This document shows, piece by piece, positions 1 to 10,620 of a DNA stretch of 64,000 bases; position 1 is the first letter of the stretch; the number at the start of each line of letters is the position of its first letter. A program made the translations under genes and the position numbers. Source of the stretch: Neophaeotheca triangularis (lineage: Eukaryota); NCBI GenBank assembly GCA_054600435.1, contig BAAIJX010000043.1, forward strand, positions 124,001 to 188,000, in the 5' to 3' direction. The notes below the pieces were generated by a model that saw only the letters and a list, made by a program, of their open reading frames with translations, ran no database searches and was not told the origin of the DNA.

Positions 1-637
1 TGGTAGCGAAGAACGAGCGTGACATGATTGTTGATATAGTACCGCGGCTGCCCGGTCTTTGGGGAGAAGTCTTCGTAGCCCATTTTGAAACCCGCTGCGT
101 AGTATTTCCTGCTCTTGTCGACCGTGACGAAGCTGGTGGCCCCTGGCAAGTTGTCCACAATCCACTCAGCGACGTAGCCTTGCTTCACAATCTCAATTGC
201 CTTCCTCAGACCTGCTCGGTCGACCTGATGCGAGCAGAGGTAATGTGCCTCGTCGTCCTTGCCCATCTCAAGCTCGTAGTCCGACACCATGATACGATCT
301 CCCCTAAGGACCTCCCCAATGTTGAGGCCAATGTTGGCGCCAGAAACGAGGCCGGTGCCGTGGCGCTTGCGACCGCTCGGAGGACATACAAATGGAAGCT
401 CGGAGAAGGCGTATTGGATCTGGGTGTTGTCGCTGTAGACCTTGTTGACCATGAGGGGGATCGTCTCGCCATCGCTATACGACTTTATTGACCAGCCTGC
501 AGTGCACTGTCAGCGGGTGGGTGACCTCGTAGCGGATGAGGCAATGGCTTACCGGGTATGTAAAAGGCCTGAGCGAGCTGTAAGAACAGCAGTAATACTG
601 TCCAAGAAGCCATTGCTAAACGACAGTGTGCGGCCAT
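1..637 (-). CDS. Nonaspanin/TM9SF (EMP70/TMN-family) endomembrane protein, 5' part; runs off the window start
   Basis: Manual splice: exon 1 MAAHCRLAMASWTVLLLFLQLAQAFYIPG (signal peptide; GTAAGC donor ~552), exon 2 WSIKSYSDGETIPLMVNKVYSDNTQIQYAFSELPFVCPP...LNIGEVLRGDRIMVSDY...YVAEWIVDNLPGATSFVTVDKSRKYYAAGFKMG...YINNH, which are EMP70 luminal-domain motifs. Not in the ORF track. Confidence 0.9.
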
Positions 638-831
638 GAAAGATAGTGAAGGGGTTGCGCGCTTTCCAAGGCCAATCAGACAGTTGGAATGATCAAGTCA
701 GGATTCATGCGATGAAGCAAGGTAGGGTACCTCGTAGTGTCTCGCCCTTCAACACAATCCTCCCTCGTCTGAATGATAAGACGTTGGTGGGGCGGATAAT
801 TGCAGGAGGACAGATGGAAAAAGCAGAGCAG

Positions 832-856
832 GGTAAGGTAAGGTAAGGTAAGGTAG
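832..856. repeat. (AGGTA)n pentanucleotide microsatellite
   Basis: ggtaaggtaaggtaaggtaaggtag read directly. Confidence 0.9.
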
Positions 857-1080
857 AGCAGGAAGAATTGCCGACGCGCAGAAGGAGACCAGAGCTGACG
901 AGGACGACTGTCTCCAGATTCCTCTTGCCGTCGGGTGTTGCAGCTCGTGCTTACCCAATCTTTTTCTACCAAGCGGACGCCGAGGATGATAATGTATGAG
1001 ATGATAATATGAGATGATAAGTATGATATGAGATGAGGTGTGTACCTTAACGAACGGAATCGGCAACAGAGCGCCCGGCG

Positions 1081-1117
1081 AGGCAAGGCAAGGCAAGGCA
1101 AGGCGAGGCAAGGCAAG
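1081..1117. repeat. (AGGCA)n pentanucleotide microsatellite
   Basis: aggcaaggcaaggcaaggcaaggcgaggcaaggcaag. Confidence 0.9.
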
Positions 1118-1580
1118 AGGACAAAGGACGAACGGTTCGCGACAAGAGGTGCAGCATGCAGTCAGTAGTAGTACTATCATTATCGCTTGCGCAAGCTTCA
1201 CCCTGACACGCCGCCAACGCTGCCACATGCAGTTAGCGGACGATGGGAGAAGCTTGACCTCCTGATCCCGTCCCAAACCTTAACATCCACCTTGCCACCA
1301 TCCTCCTACAGGCCACAATCCTCCGCACGGGAAGGGTCTAGATTACCTACAGCACTACAATTAGTTACCTCCCTTAGCACTCTTGTTATTGGTATTAATT
1401 GGGAACCTCACATGACCTCGGGACGCTTCAAACATGATTATTGATTACGTTGCAAATTCAAGTTTTTCAAGAAGAGGCATTAATTCCAATCTATCACCAC
1501 CCAGGAAAAAGGAAAGTACACCTTCACAATCCGACCTTCTTACAACACTCCCCACTCTTTACCCCCCATAAGTCTCCCAT

Positions 1581-3764
1581 CTACTCCTCCCTCGCCCTCC
1601 CTTTCCCCTTCCACTCACTCCTCGCCCCCTCAAAGTCGCGCTGATACCTCGCCTGCTCCTCCGAATTGTCCGGCTCCTCAAACCTCCACTGCGCGCGATG
1701 AAGACTCACCTCGCTACCGTCCGAGCTCGCGGGCCTGTGCACAGCCGTCCACTGCGCGACGCCATCGTCGCCGAAATGCGTGTCGACAATGACTTCGGGC
1801 TCGTCCCACCACAGACCACGAGAGTTGGGGGCGGGGCGCTCGTCGATCATGCGGTTGATTCTGTGCGCGTCGGCGATGGCTTGGGGCACCTTTTCCGCCG
1901 GGACGCTGGGGACGTGGTTGAGGATTTGCTGGGTGATTTGGCTGCGGGGTCGGTTAGGTTGCGTGCCTGCTAGGCGGCCTTTGAGGATTAGTGGGGAGGG
2001 TGACTCACCTGGGCTTCCTGGCGATGGGGTTCGGGGCAGGGGCTTCATGATGTTGGGAGCCTCGACGACGACGCCGGCGGTCGAATGGACGGTCTGCGTT
2101 CTTCTGGTTGATGGTGTGCTTGCTTGTACGCCGTGCATTGTCGGGTTGTTGTATTTTGGGGCTGGAGCCGTGATTGGAGTTTCCGGTGGGGCTTGAGCTG
2201 GAGTAAAGTCGCCGACCTGGTTGTTGCGCTCCGGTGAGGACTCCTCCGAGGACGATGTCACGTTGATGAAGTCGCCAAAGTTCGTGCAACGATCTGGATG
2301 GCCGACCGTCTTGACCCTTCGCGGCTCTGGTCTCGCTTTGGCTGGAGCTGGAGCTGGGGCTGTGGCTTTGTCTTCCCGCTTCTTCTCGCGACGAGTGTTA
2401 GCAGCGGCGGCGGGACTTGGCTCAGTACTCACCGAAGGTCTTGCACCTTTCGTGGCTGGACGCGTGGAAGTGCTGTGGATTCTCGGCCGCTCGAATGCGC
2501 TGTTGGAGTGGTAGTGTTTCGCGGCGGTGCCCGCAAGGTGTTGGTTCGTGTCGAGAGGCATGACGTTCATGGGCCCGGGTCTGTTGCGTCGTTGCAATTC
2601 GGGCGCAGGCCTGGCAATGCTGTTAGAGCGTTCAAAGACGTTATCGTTACCGTTGTCGTGCTGCGGCCTGAAAGGGGCCGAGATAGAGGGCTGGTGAGGG
2701 ACATCACGTACATGATCAGTAAGTTCAATCGACCCACTCATTTTTCTGGCGGTCTTCTTAGCAAAGCTCATAGCTTGATCGGAGATGCGACGACCGATGC
2801 TGCTGAGCGAAGGTCGTTTGGCCGTTTGCGGAATGGAAGTAGGTGGGTAGGGCTCGCGAGGGCTTCGCAGGCTTTGCATGCTGCCGTACTGAGGCGCGAA
2901 CGTGCTGGGCCTTTTGTCGGGGCTGACGTCTGGAAACTTGGGAGACTTGAGACGAGCGTCGTTGAATGCAGTCGGCGACTGTTCTCGTGCCCTCTTAGCA
3001 TGGCGCTCTGCCCGGCGACGTTCCGAGGCTGCCTTTTGTTTCTGGAAGTCTTGGTAGCTGGCTTCGAAAGCGTCCACTGCCGCTTGCGTTTCCGGTCGTG
3101 TGGTAATTGGTGCTGGCACGGGCTTACGGGAAATGGTAGGTGGCGCTTGCGCGAGAGTCGGTGTGAACGTGCTCTCGGCTTGGGTCGGTGGAGGCTCGTT
3201 GGCCCTCAATCCTCGCGCCTTGGGTTGCTTTGAAATGTTGAGGGGAGCTGGACGGGACGCACGAGTATGTGAGACTGGCGTAGGCACTGTGGCCGGCTGG
3301 TTTGAGTCTTCGGCGTTGTAGTTGAAAGCGACAGAGAACCTCGAACCGTAAGTGTCGATCATCTCGTCAAGGTCGGCGTCGAGATTGAAGCTAGGTGGTG
3401 GCGTCTCTCCATCTGCAGTGGCAGGGCGGCCTTGTTTAGCAGAGTTCACAATCTCGGAGAGGTGTAAGCTGCCGCGGCCCATTGGGAAGAACGAACGTTC
3501 GGCGAGGTGGGCAAACTCGGTAGGGATAGTAGGGACTGGTGGCGAAGAACCACGGCGAGGCGGCGAGTTGTCTTGAGAGTAGATGGAGCCTGGGGTTTGG
3601 GTCTGCTTGCGAAGCTCTTGAGCAAAGGACATGACGGTCTCGGGTTGGTTGTCTTGAACGGGACCGGGAGCCGCTGGGCGTGATGGCGGAGTCTGCGTGC
3701 GTGGGTAATCGGTCATATCCCTGCTGAGATGCTCGTGAAAGCGTGAGTTGTTAGACGATGACAT
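1581..3764 (-). CDS. Hypothetical Pro/Ser-rich, probably disordered protein (727 aa)
   Basis: Long uninterrupted ORF with an A-rich ATG context; no recognisable domain. Confidence 0.75.
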   Translation of the reverse strand: MSSSNNSRFHEHLSRDMTDYPRTQTPPSRPAAPGPVQDNQPETVMSFAQELRKQTQTPGSIYSQDNSPPRRGSSPPVPTIPTEFAHLAERSFFPMGRGSLHLSEIVNSAKQGRPATADGETPPPSFNLDADLDEMIDTYGSRFSVAFNYNAEDSNQPATVPTPVSHTRASRPAPLNISKQPKARGLRANEPPPTQAESTFTPTLAQAPPTISRKPVPAPITTRPETQAAVDAFEASYQDFQKQKAASERRRAERHAKRAREQSPTAFNDARLKSPKFPDVSPDKRPSTFAPQYGSMQSLRSPREPYPPTSIPQTAKRPSLSSIGRRISDQAMSFAKKTARKMSGSIELTDHVRDVPHQPSISAPFRPQHDNGNDNVFERSNSIARPAPELQRRNRPGPMNVMPLDTNQHLAGTAAKHYHSNSAFERPRIHSTSTRPATKGARPSVSTEPSPAAAANTRREKKREDKATAPAPAPAKARPEPRRVKTVGHPDRCTNFGDFINVTSSSEESSPERNNQVGDFTPAQAPPETPITAPAPKYNNPTMHGVQASTPSTRRTQTVHSTAGVVVEAPNIMKPLPRTPSPGSPGESPSPLILKGRLAGTQPNRPRSQITQQILNHVPSVPAEKVPQAIADAHRINRMIDERPAPNSRGLWWDEPEVIVDTHFGDDGVAQWTAVHRPASSDGSEVSLHRAQWRFEEPDNSEEQARYQRDFEGARSEWKGKGRAREE

Positions 3765-4552
3765 GTTGTTGGGTTTTCTCTTCTTCTTCTTCGAAAGCGT
3801 TTACGACTGTCTTGAAACTGGAAGCCTATTCCTTTCTTGCTTGTTAGTTGTTTGAGTTACCTTCTGTCCGTGTGAGATGTCTCTTTCTGTAAGTCTGGGC
3901 CTGCCAAACTTTGCTCAGTAGAGAGACTTATTCTCACGATGGACTTGGGGTAGGTTGAGGAAGATAACTAGCCCCCAGAAGAGGAGCCCGAGGAAAAGCA
4001 GCCTCTTATACAATCTCGCCTTTGTCGTTCGAGTATTACAAAGAGCCCAAAGAATGCCATTGTGTTGGTTGTAGATAGATAAAGCGCAATGTCTTTCCGA
4101 GTCTTGTTCACGAGACTCACGATAGGGGTGTCGCAGATTGAACAAAGGCTGGCTTTGTCTCGGACCTAGATGCCTTACCGCTTCTATCTATTTCGAGCAT
4201 CCATGAATGCAATGTTAGGCTTGACGGCGCTGACGCTACCCGTAGGTGCGTCCATTGCTCCCAGCCGCAGCCTATTCAGTTCCCATGTGCAAGACTTTGT
4301 CCGGTTGGTAGAGCCTGGCCTGGAGGCATTCCGTAGTAAACTGCATGTTGGAATAGTCCCCAAAGGACCGAAGGGCCCTGTATGTTATGAGCCACGAGCG
4401 CGTACAGTACGGGATCCGACGACACTTGAGCGGAAAGTCGCTCTGACTTGCGTAACAAGCAATGTCTTGTCGCACTGTGCCCACGACAGCGAAAAGACGA
4501 GAATAGCGAAGCCAGTGCAAGTCATCAATTCATACAAAGTGTTGACCTATAC

Positions 4553-5959
4553 CTATCGTGAAAGGGGTCGGGAATTTCTTTGTTCATCCCAAGCAGGATC
4601 TGGTGATGACCCGTACACTTCGGCCGCCTGAGGAGCTCCACTACCCAGCTCCGAAGTCTGCGAGAACCTGCAGGCCCATGTTAACACAAATCGCTGGGGA
4701 GGATTATCAACAGTCGAGAAGTCTCACCTGTATTGCATATTGCCGTCAAGAGGCGCGAACCCTTGCATTGGGTGTTGCATCTCCGGGCTGCCAATCGGGG
4801 GACTTGTACCTCTCAGCGGAGGAGTCATCTGGTGTTCGCTCATGCGAGCCATGTCCTCCGGTTTTTGAGCGTCGTGTTGCGAGGGACGGTAGACTTGGCT
4901 GTACGGTGGCAATTGCCCGCTTGCGTGCCTGTTGTTGGGATCGAAGTAACCGCCTTGAGCCATGAAGGGCGAGGAGCCTCCTTGATGTGGCGCTTGGGAC
5001 TGCCTTTGCTCTTCGGTCTCTTTACGCTTGATGGCTTTCTTGTAGTTGCGTGTGCGGCCAATGTAGAAGAAGAGCGCCGCGAAGAGCGCTACGGCGGCCA
5101 CTGCACCGATTGCGATACCCACAATGGCACCAGTACTGAGACTGCTGCCACCACCGTCCCCTGATTCATCCTCGTCCTCGCCGTCGGAACTGTCAGAAGT
5201 AGCCTCAGCGGCGTCAGCACCCGCGCCGACTGGAGTGGCGGTCACTGTAGCCGTTGTAGCAGTCGCAGCGATCGAAGTCAACTCATCTTCACGCTCGTCC
5301 GGAAAAGGCTCTCCTGGGAGAAGCGCGTAATGCGCTTCCTTGGCAAGACGGATCTGGGTTGAGATAGGCTGAGAGGCGTTGGCGTTGATGGACCCTATCA
5401 TGCCCCAATCATTGCAAGAGCCCGGTGCACCACAGTAGTAGAAGATAGGCTCCGTCGAGTCGACTGTAAGATTCCAGGTTGGTGGCTGCGGCTACGCGTT
5501 AGCTCGACTCGTTACAAAGTCGCTCTCTTCCAAAACGTACATTGTCTGAGATGATTGCGATTGGCTCGAAGCCAGAATTAAAACCTCGGCCGCCCGTCTT
5601 CACATACTCGTACGGCACGCACGGGTATCCATAAGCTGCCCGGACGACGGAATGATTGGTCGGGAAGAATTGAAAGGACACAATGTCACCTATTTCCGCG
5701 CGAATGCTGTTTGGCTGCGGTTTCGTGAGTCTTGGAAATCAGAGCACCTCGAGGTTTGTTGTTGTCCTACCTGAAACTCATGGTTGACCTTGGCGACGCT
5801 TACAATGTGAACGGTGCGATCTCCTTCTTGTCGAGTTGGTGTACCGCCGTATTCGGTGCTATTGTTGGAGTCGTTGCTAGTATCGTCGTCAATGTCCTGA
5901 GCATATGCAGTGACAGTCGATAGCGCAATGGTCAAGAAGACTCTGAGGGAGGCCTTCAT
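4553..5959 (-). CDS. Secreted/membrane-anchored cupredoxin-like serine-rich protein (multi-exon)
   Basis: Signal peptide MKASLRVFLTIALSTVTAYA; GDIVSFQFFPTNHSVVRAAYGYPCVPY...PIFYYCGAPGSCNDWGMIGSIN; TM helix GAIVGIAIGAVAAVALFAALFFYIG; last intron ~4668-4727, stop TAG at 4553-4555. Confidence 0.85.
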
Positions 5960-7205
5960 GGTTTCGGCATAGAACGCTCTCGAGGTCGTACAAAGAAGGG
6001 AAAGAGAGAGTAGGAAGAAAGTAAGAAGCGCGTGAGAATGTGCGGGTCTCTATCTACCAGCCGCGAAGGAACGTGATACCTTTGCAGCCCAGACTTACGG
6101 TACTCGGCCACGGAACCATGTGGCGTCGGCTAGATAGCTCCCAATGCCACCAGTGAGGAGGTAAAGGATCATGTAAGACGACGATCTATGCGTGAGACAG
6201 ACCGGTGAAGGCGGCCGAGCTGACAGGTTGGGTGGGGAGCGGTTCAGGTTGGTGGTCCTCCCGGGGGTGACAAGAGTGTAAATCATCATTGGTAGTCCAG
6301 CTCGACACGTGTAGGCACGTGGAACGAGTGATGTAGCTTTTTATATGTGAGTAGGGAGCAGCCCGGCATAGTCTCGCTTTCTGAAGCCGCTGCCGGACCA
6401 TGGCGCACGACATGAGGGTCGCAATGCTATGACAACCGGAAACTTGAACTCTTGGGCTCGGGGAAAAGGCTGGTAGGCTCAACATCCTAGGGGTGAAAGG
6501 CCTTTATGGGCTGAAGATGTTTTGGTCAATCATTCATAAAGGTTCTGGCTCGGCAGTTCAGAGCTTCGCGTAGTCAGCTTCGCCAGTACAATCAGCATAT
6601 GCCATATGCGTGCGTGGTACGTGTAAGCCTTGCCCGAAGGATTCATTAGCGATGAACGCCCTTTTGTCTTTGGCCGCGTGAAGTCGGGTACGTATCAAAA
6701 CGAATGGGCGCGCGCTGTTGCGTCGAGTGAGTCGGAGTGCGGCTGTAGCGTTTGGGCTCCAGGGATAGGTACCTACTACAGTGTATGTAGTGTGTAGATA
6801 TGTAGTGTGTAGGGCACATTAGCTTGGCAGCACATGTTCGCTCTGCCTATACAGACTAAGGTAGGTAGGTGTACTTGGTCTGATACCTCACGACCGGTGA
6901 GCGAGGAAGGAAGCTGTGTGGTATGGCAGAGGGAGGAGGATGGAGAACATGACCGTGTAGATGGTGTCTTATTAATCTATCTTCATGTACAAAATCAATA
7001 ATCCGAGGTCGCTAAGAAGCTTTGACCACTGGACCTCCTGTGGTAACTTACCTTGTACTCAACATCTTGGAACGTTCAATCAAGTGCTGCTCCTTCACTA
7101 GTCATGTCTACTCGTGAGATTAAGTAGTGCTGACAGGGCCAGCGAGCTCCAAAGACGCAAAGAGAACTACAGCGACGTCTACAGCGAGCTGCCACCTCCG
7201 CCTTC

Positions 7206-9724
7206 TCACTCGGCACGCTCCTCAGTCCGCGACTCCATAGGTCCCATCAAGAACGATGCATCTGCCAGTGCCGCCAGCGCAGTCCCCTCTCCTTCAGCCT
7301 CGTTCATGGGCACGCCGTCTCTCCCAGCCCCTCCATAAGCTTGCTGCTCATGGTGAGGCAGCTCAGTAACCTCTGATCTCAGCTCACACTCGGGCTCGGG
7401 CTTCAGTTGGGCCGAATAAATCCCTTGATGCTCGCCAGAAGGTCGCTGGTTGTAATCTCCGAAATCATGAGAGGCCTGCGCTCCCTGCGAGTCAAAGATC
7501 TCGTCCGGTTGGCTGGGTTGCGAGTTGAAATCGGTAGTAGCTTGCGAATCTTCCGTGTCCTCTTGCAACGTTCCGGTAGAGAAGCTGGTGTTGGTCTCGA
7601 ACCCTTCTGCGGCAGCTGCAGCTGCAGCCGACGAGTCGAAACTGGCACTGTTGAGGTACCAGCTGTGTTGCGAGTATCGGTCCAAACCTGGCTCTACCGC
7701 AAAGTCCGTCATGGCGGTGTCGCCGTGCGGCACACTGGAGAGGTCTCCCATGTCGTCGAAATTGAAGGCCGTGCTGTCGAAAGTCTCGAAAGTCGGGTCG
7801 AGACCGTAGGACAGGTTGATTTGGCCTCCGTTGAAGTCGAAGCCGTTCTCGACAGGGAAGGAATCTTGCATCTGGGACTGTGAATCCGGATGGGCGCCGT
7901 TTGGACCTGTATGGCAGGGGCTGAATGTGGAAGGCCAGGAGTCGTCGGTAGTGCAGAGTGAGGACATGGCGGCCTGACTTTCATGATAGGAGAATGGCGA
8001 TTGGAGCGTTGGTGCTGTCAATTGAGTGGGTTGGCTCTGCTGTACTTGCGCCTGAGTGTTCGACGTCAAGGTTTGACCAGTAACAGGGGCGTTGAAATCG
8101 AAAGCTGGGTCAATGTTGTTCACGGGCGCCTGCTTGAAATGCGAATGCTGGAGCTGTGACCCATACTGCAGCGAATCCGGTTGCAGATGCTGAAATCGCA
8201 GTTTGCGCCACGATGTGCGGCCGATGTTCTGGCTCGACTGCCGGAAAGTCCAGTGAATGACCAGCACTCTCTTTTGCTTGACATCGTAATCAGTCAAGAC
8301 GAACTCTTGGGTCGCGGTGATGCTTTCGAGATGTTTGGCGACCTCGGCCCGGGCATCGATGCCCATGTGTCGCGCCTTGATGAGCCTGTTGGATGCTTGA
8401 TAGAAGGTCTGCGCCCAGAACTTGCTGATGAACTTGACCTGGCTGTCGACAACACCCGGTTGGGTCTCAGAGTTGGAGAAGGAAAGCTCGGATTCCTCTT
8501 CACCAAATTCTTCGAGCTGGATGCCATTTGTGTAAAGCTTGTTGGTGCACGAGACTTGTGCACCGGCGGTCAGTTTCTTGCTACTGCAGATGAATGAAAT
8601 ACCAAGCTCGATGCCCTTCCTGTCCCTCCAAGAGTTCAGCGGCACGGCAAAGGACGCGTCCGCGACTAGGACGGTGCAATTGAGCGGACGGCAAGCATGC
8701 ATCGAAGCCAACAAAGGGTACCGTTGCGAGAGCGCTTGTTCGCCGGGCAGATGGATGTATTGCAATGCGCCTTCGGGTGCCGAATGCGTGTAGGTATGCA
8801 CTTTGATAGCATCGTGGCCCGTCTTTTGCTGCACGAACATTTGAAAGTCCGTCGGTTCAATGATCTCTCTCAAGATGTACTCGATACTGGTGGGTGGGCC
8901 GATGACCTGGGCTCCAGACCGGGCGTGACCGCAATGGGGATCCATGACCGGATGATGAGACATTCTCCGGCCGCCACCACGATGAGCTGCACGCTGAGCA
9001 GCCGACGAATCGTTCGAAGGCCCTATGGAAAGCCATTTCATGATGTACGGGTCGTCCTCAACGAAAGGCTTCAGCACTTGAATATGGCTCGACACCTGCT
9101 TCCGGTCCCTGCCGACACCCGTCAGCTCGAGGATGTAATCGGCGATCAGCTCATTGCGACCACGCTGTTTTGAATCGCGATTTTTATTGAACTTTTTTAA
9201 ACGGCCCATGGGCGGCCATTTGACCAGTGCTGTACCGAGTTAGTCTTGAATGCGGAGCAGCATGAATGGAAGAGGTTGATACCTCTGAAGAAGGCCTCTT
9301 CAACATGATCCGGCCACTTCGATGCTTCTTTGCCCTCCTTTGGCTGGCGTTCGCGATACTTCTTGTAACCTTCAGAGAGGGTGAAGCGTCTGTAGAGACG
9401 TTTTGCGTTTTTGGCAATCTCCGCTTCTTCGCGCGCGTCCTCGCTATGCGGGTAGATGAACGCAGGTGAATACTGTTGGCTATGTTGCGGTCGACCCTGA
9501 GGCGGATACAATGCTGCAGAGGGCTGCGGGTAGCGGAAAGGAGCGTAAGTGCTCTCGCTCAACAGGAAGCCAGGGTACTTCTGAGGCAAAGCGACCGGGT
9601 TCGGATATTCATGAGCTTGCCGATTGCCAGAATGCTCCTGTAATACCCTCGAGGGAGGTCGAGCATCGCCAGACTCAGTCTGCAGTGGAGGAGCGTTTGA
9701 AGGCAATATCGCGGGTTGCAGCAT
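7206..9724 (-). CDS. abaA: TEA/ATTS-domain transcription factor (AbaA/Tec1 family)
   Basis: Intron 9230-9282 joins two ORFs to give KWPDHVEEAFFRALVKWPPMGR...GRNELIADYILELTGVGRDRKQVSSHIQVLK, a canonical TEA domain; acidic C-terminal region. Confidence 0.88.
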
Positions 9725-9766
9725 TTTTGAGTTTCGATCCCAGCCTCGCGAGAGGCACGCAGCGCA

Positions 9767-10507
9767 AGAATGCTAGGGTAAGAATGTCCGAAAGTCTTGA
9801 TGTGTATGAAGTGAGATTAAGGAACGTCAAGAAGTGGGCTTTAAGGAATGGATTGAGAGGAAAACAAGTATTAGAGAGTGTGGTGAGTACTGTGGTATTA
9901 GGCAACGAGGTATTGACGGAGAGACGAGGCCCCAGGGGATGTTTATGTCCTACCAACCGGTCGATACACACTCTCTACAGCCTTCACTTGCTGACTTAGC
10001 TTTGTGTGCCCAACAGTTCGCCGACCCGGCCAAGGAGCAACAGTGCAATCTCCAGTCTATCTGCACGAGGGGCAGGAGTGGGTGGGCAGCCAACAGGTCC
10101 GATTGCGTGTATCAACACCAAGCCTGTTCGTCAAGCTCCGACTTGGTAAGGCACCCTAATTGGGAGCGCGCGATCTCATCAAACCGACCGCAAGGGCTCG
10201 AGCATTGACGTAGGCAGGTGGTGGCGAGGCCAGTATGTTCTGTGTCCCGGCGAGGGATGATGACTGGCTTGGCGTGGCAGCAATTTCCTAACAAGACAAT
10301 GGTCATCTGCCATGGAATGAAAGAATGCGTGTAGGTGGAATGTTCGACATGGCAACAATGGACCAGGCACTGGCACTCGTGAAGAAATCGTGGCCATATA
10401 CATTCAATCACGTCGTGTCTATGATCTGCACAGGGAAGTTGTCGTGCCTGGACTGGATAGCCAGGGGTGAAGCAAGGAGTCACCAAGATCAAAGGCGACC
10501 ACATTCT
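9767..10507. promoter_or_regulatory. Cluster of seven CATTCY (AbaA/TEA response element) sites upstream of the TEA gene
   Basis: RGAATG at 9767, 9781, 9845, 10314, 10322, 10337 and CATTCT at 10502. Confidence 0.65.
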
Positions 10508-10620
10508 AGGCACGTGACGAAATTGCAAAGACCGAACAAGAAAGGCCATCTGTTATACAATATGGGGTATCAGTAGTCATCGATAGAACACCGCTCGCCA
10601 ACCAGGGCAATACAAACGCC

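Noticed and set aside
676..1276. 146- and 175-aa minus-strand ORFs
   Set aside because: Built from AGGCA/AGGTA microsatellites (LALPCLALP, LTLPY) in intergenic DNA
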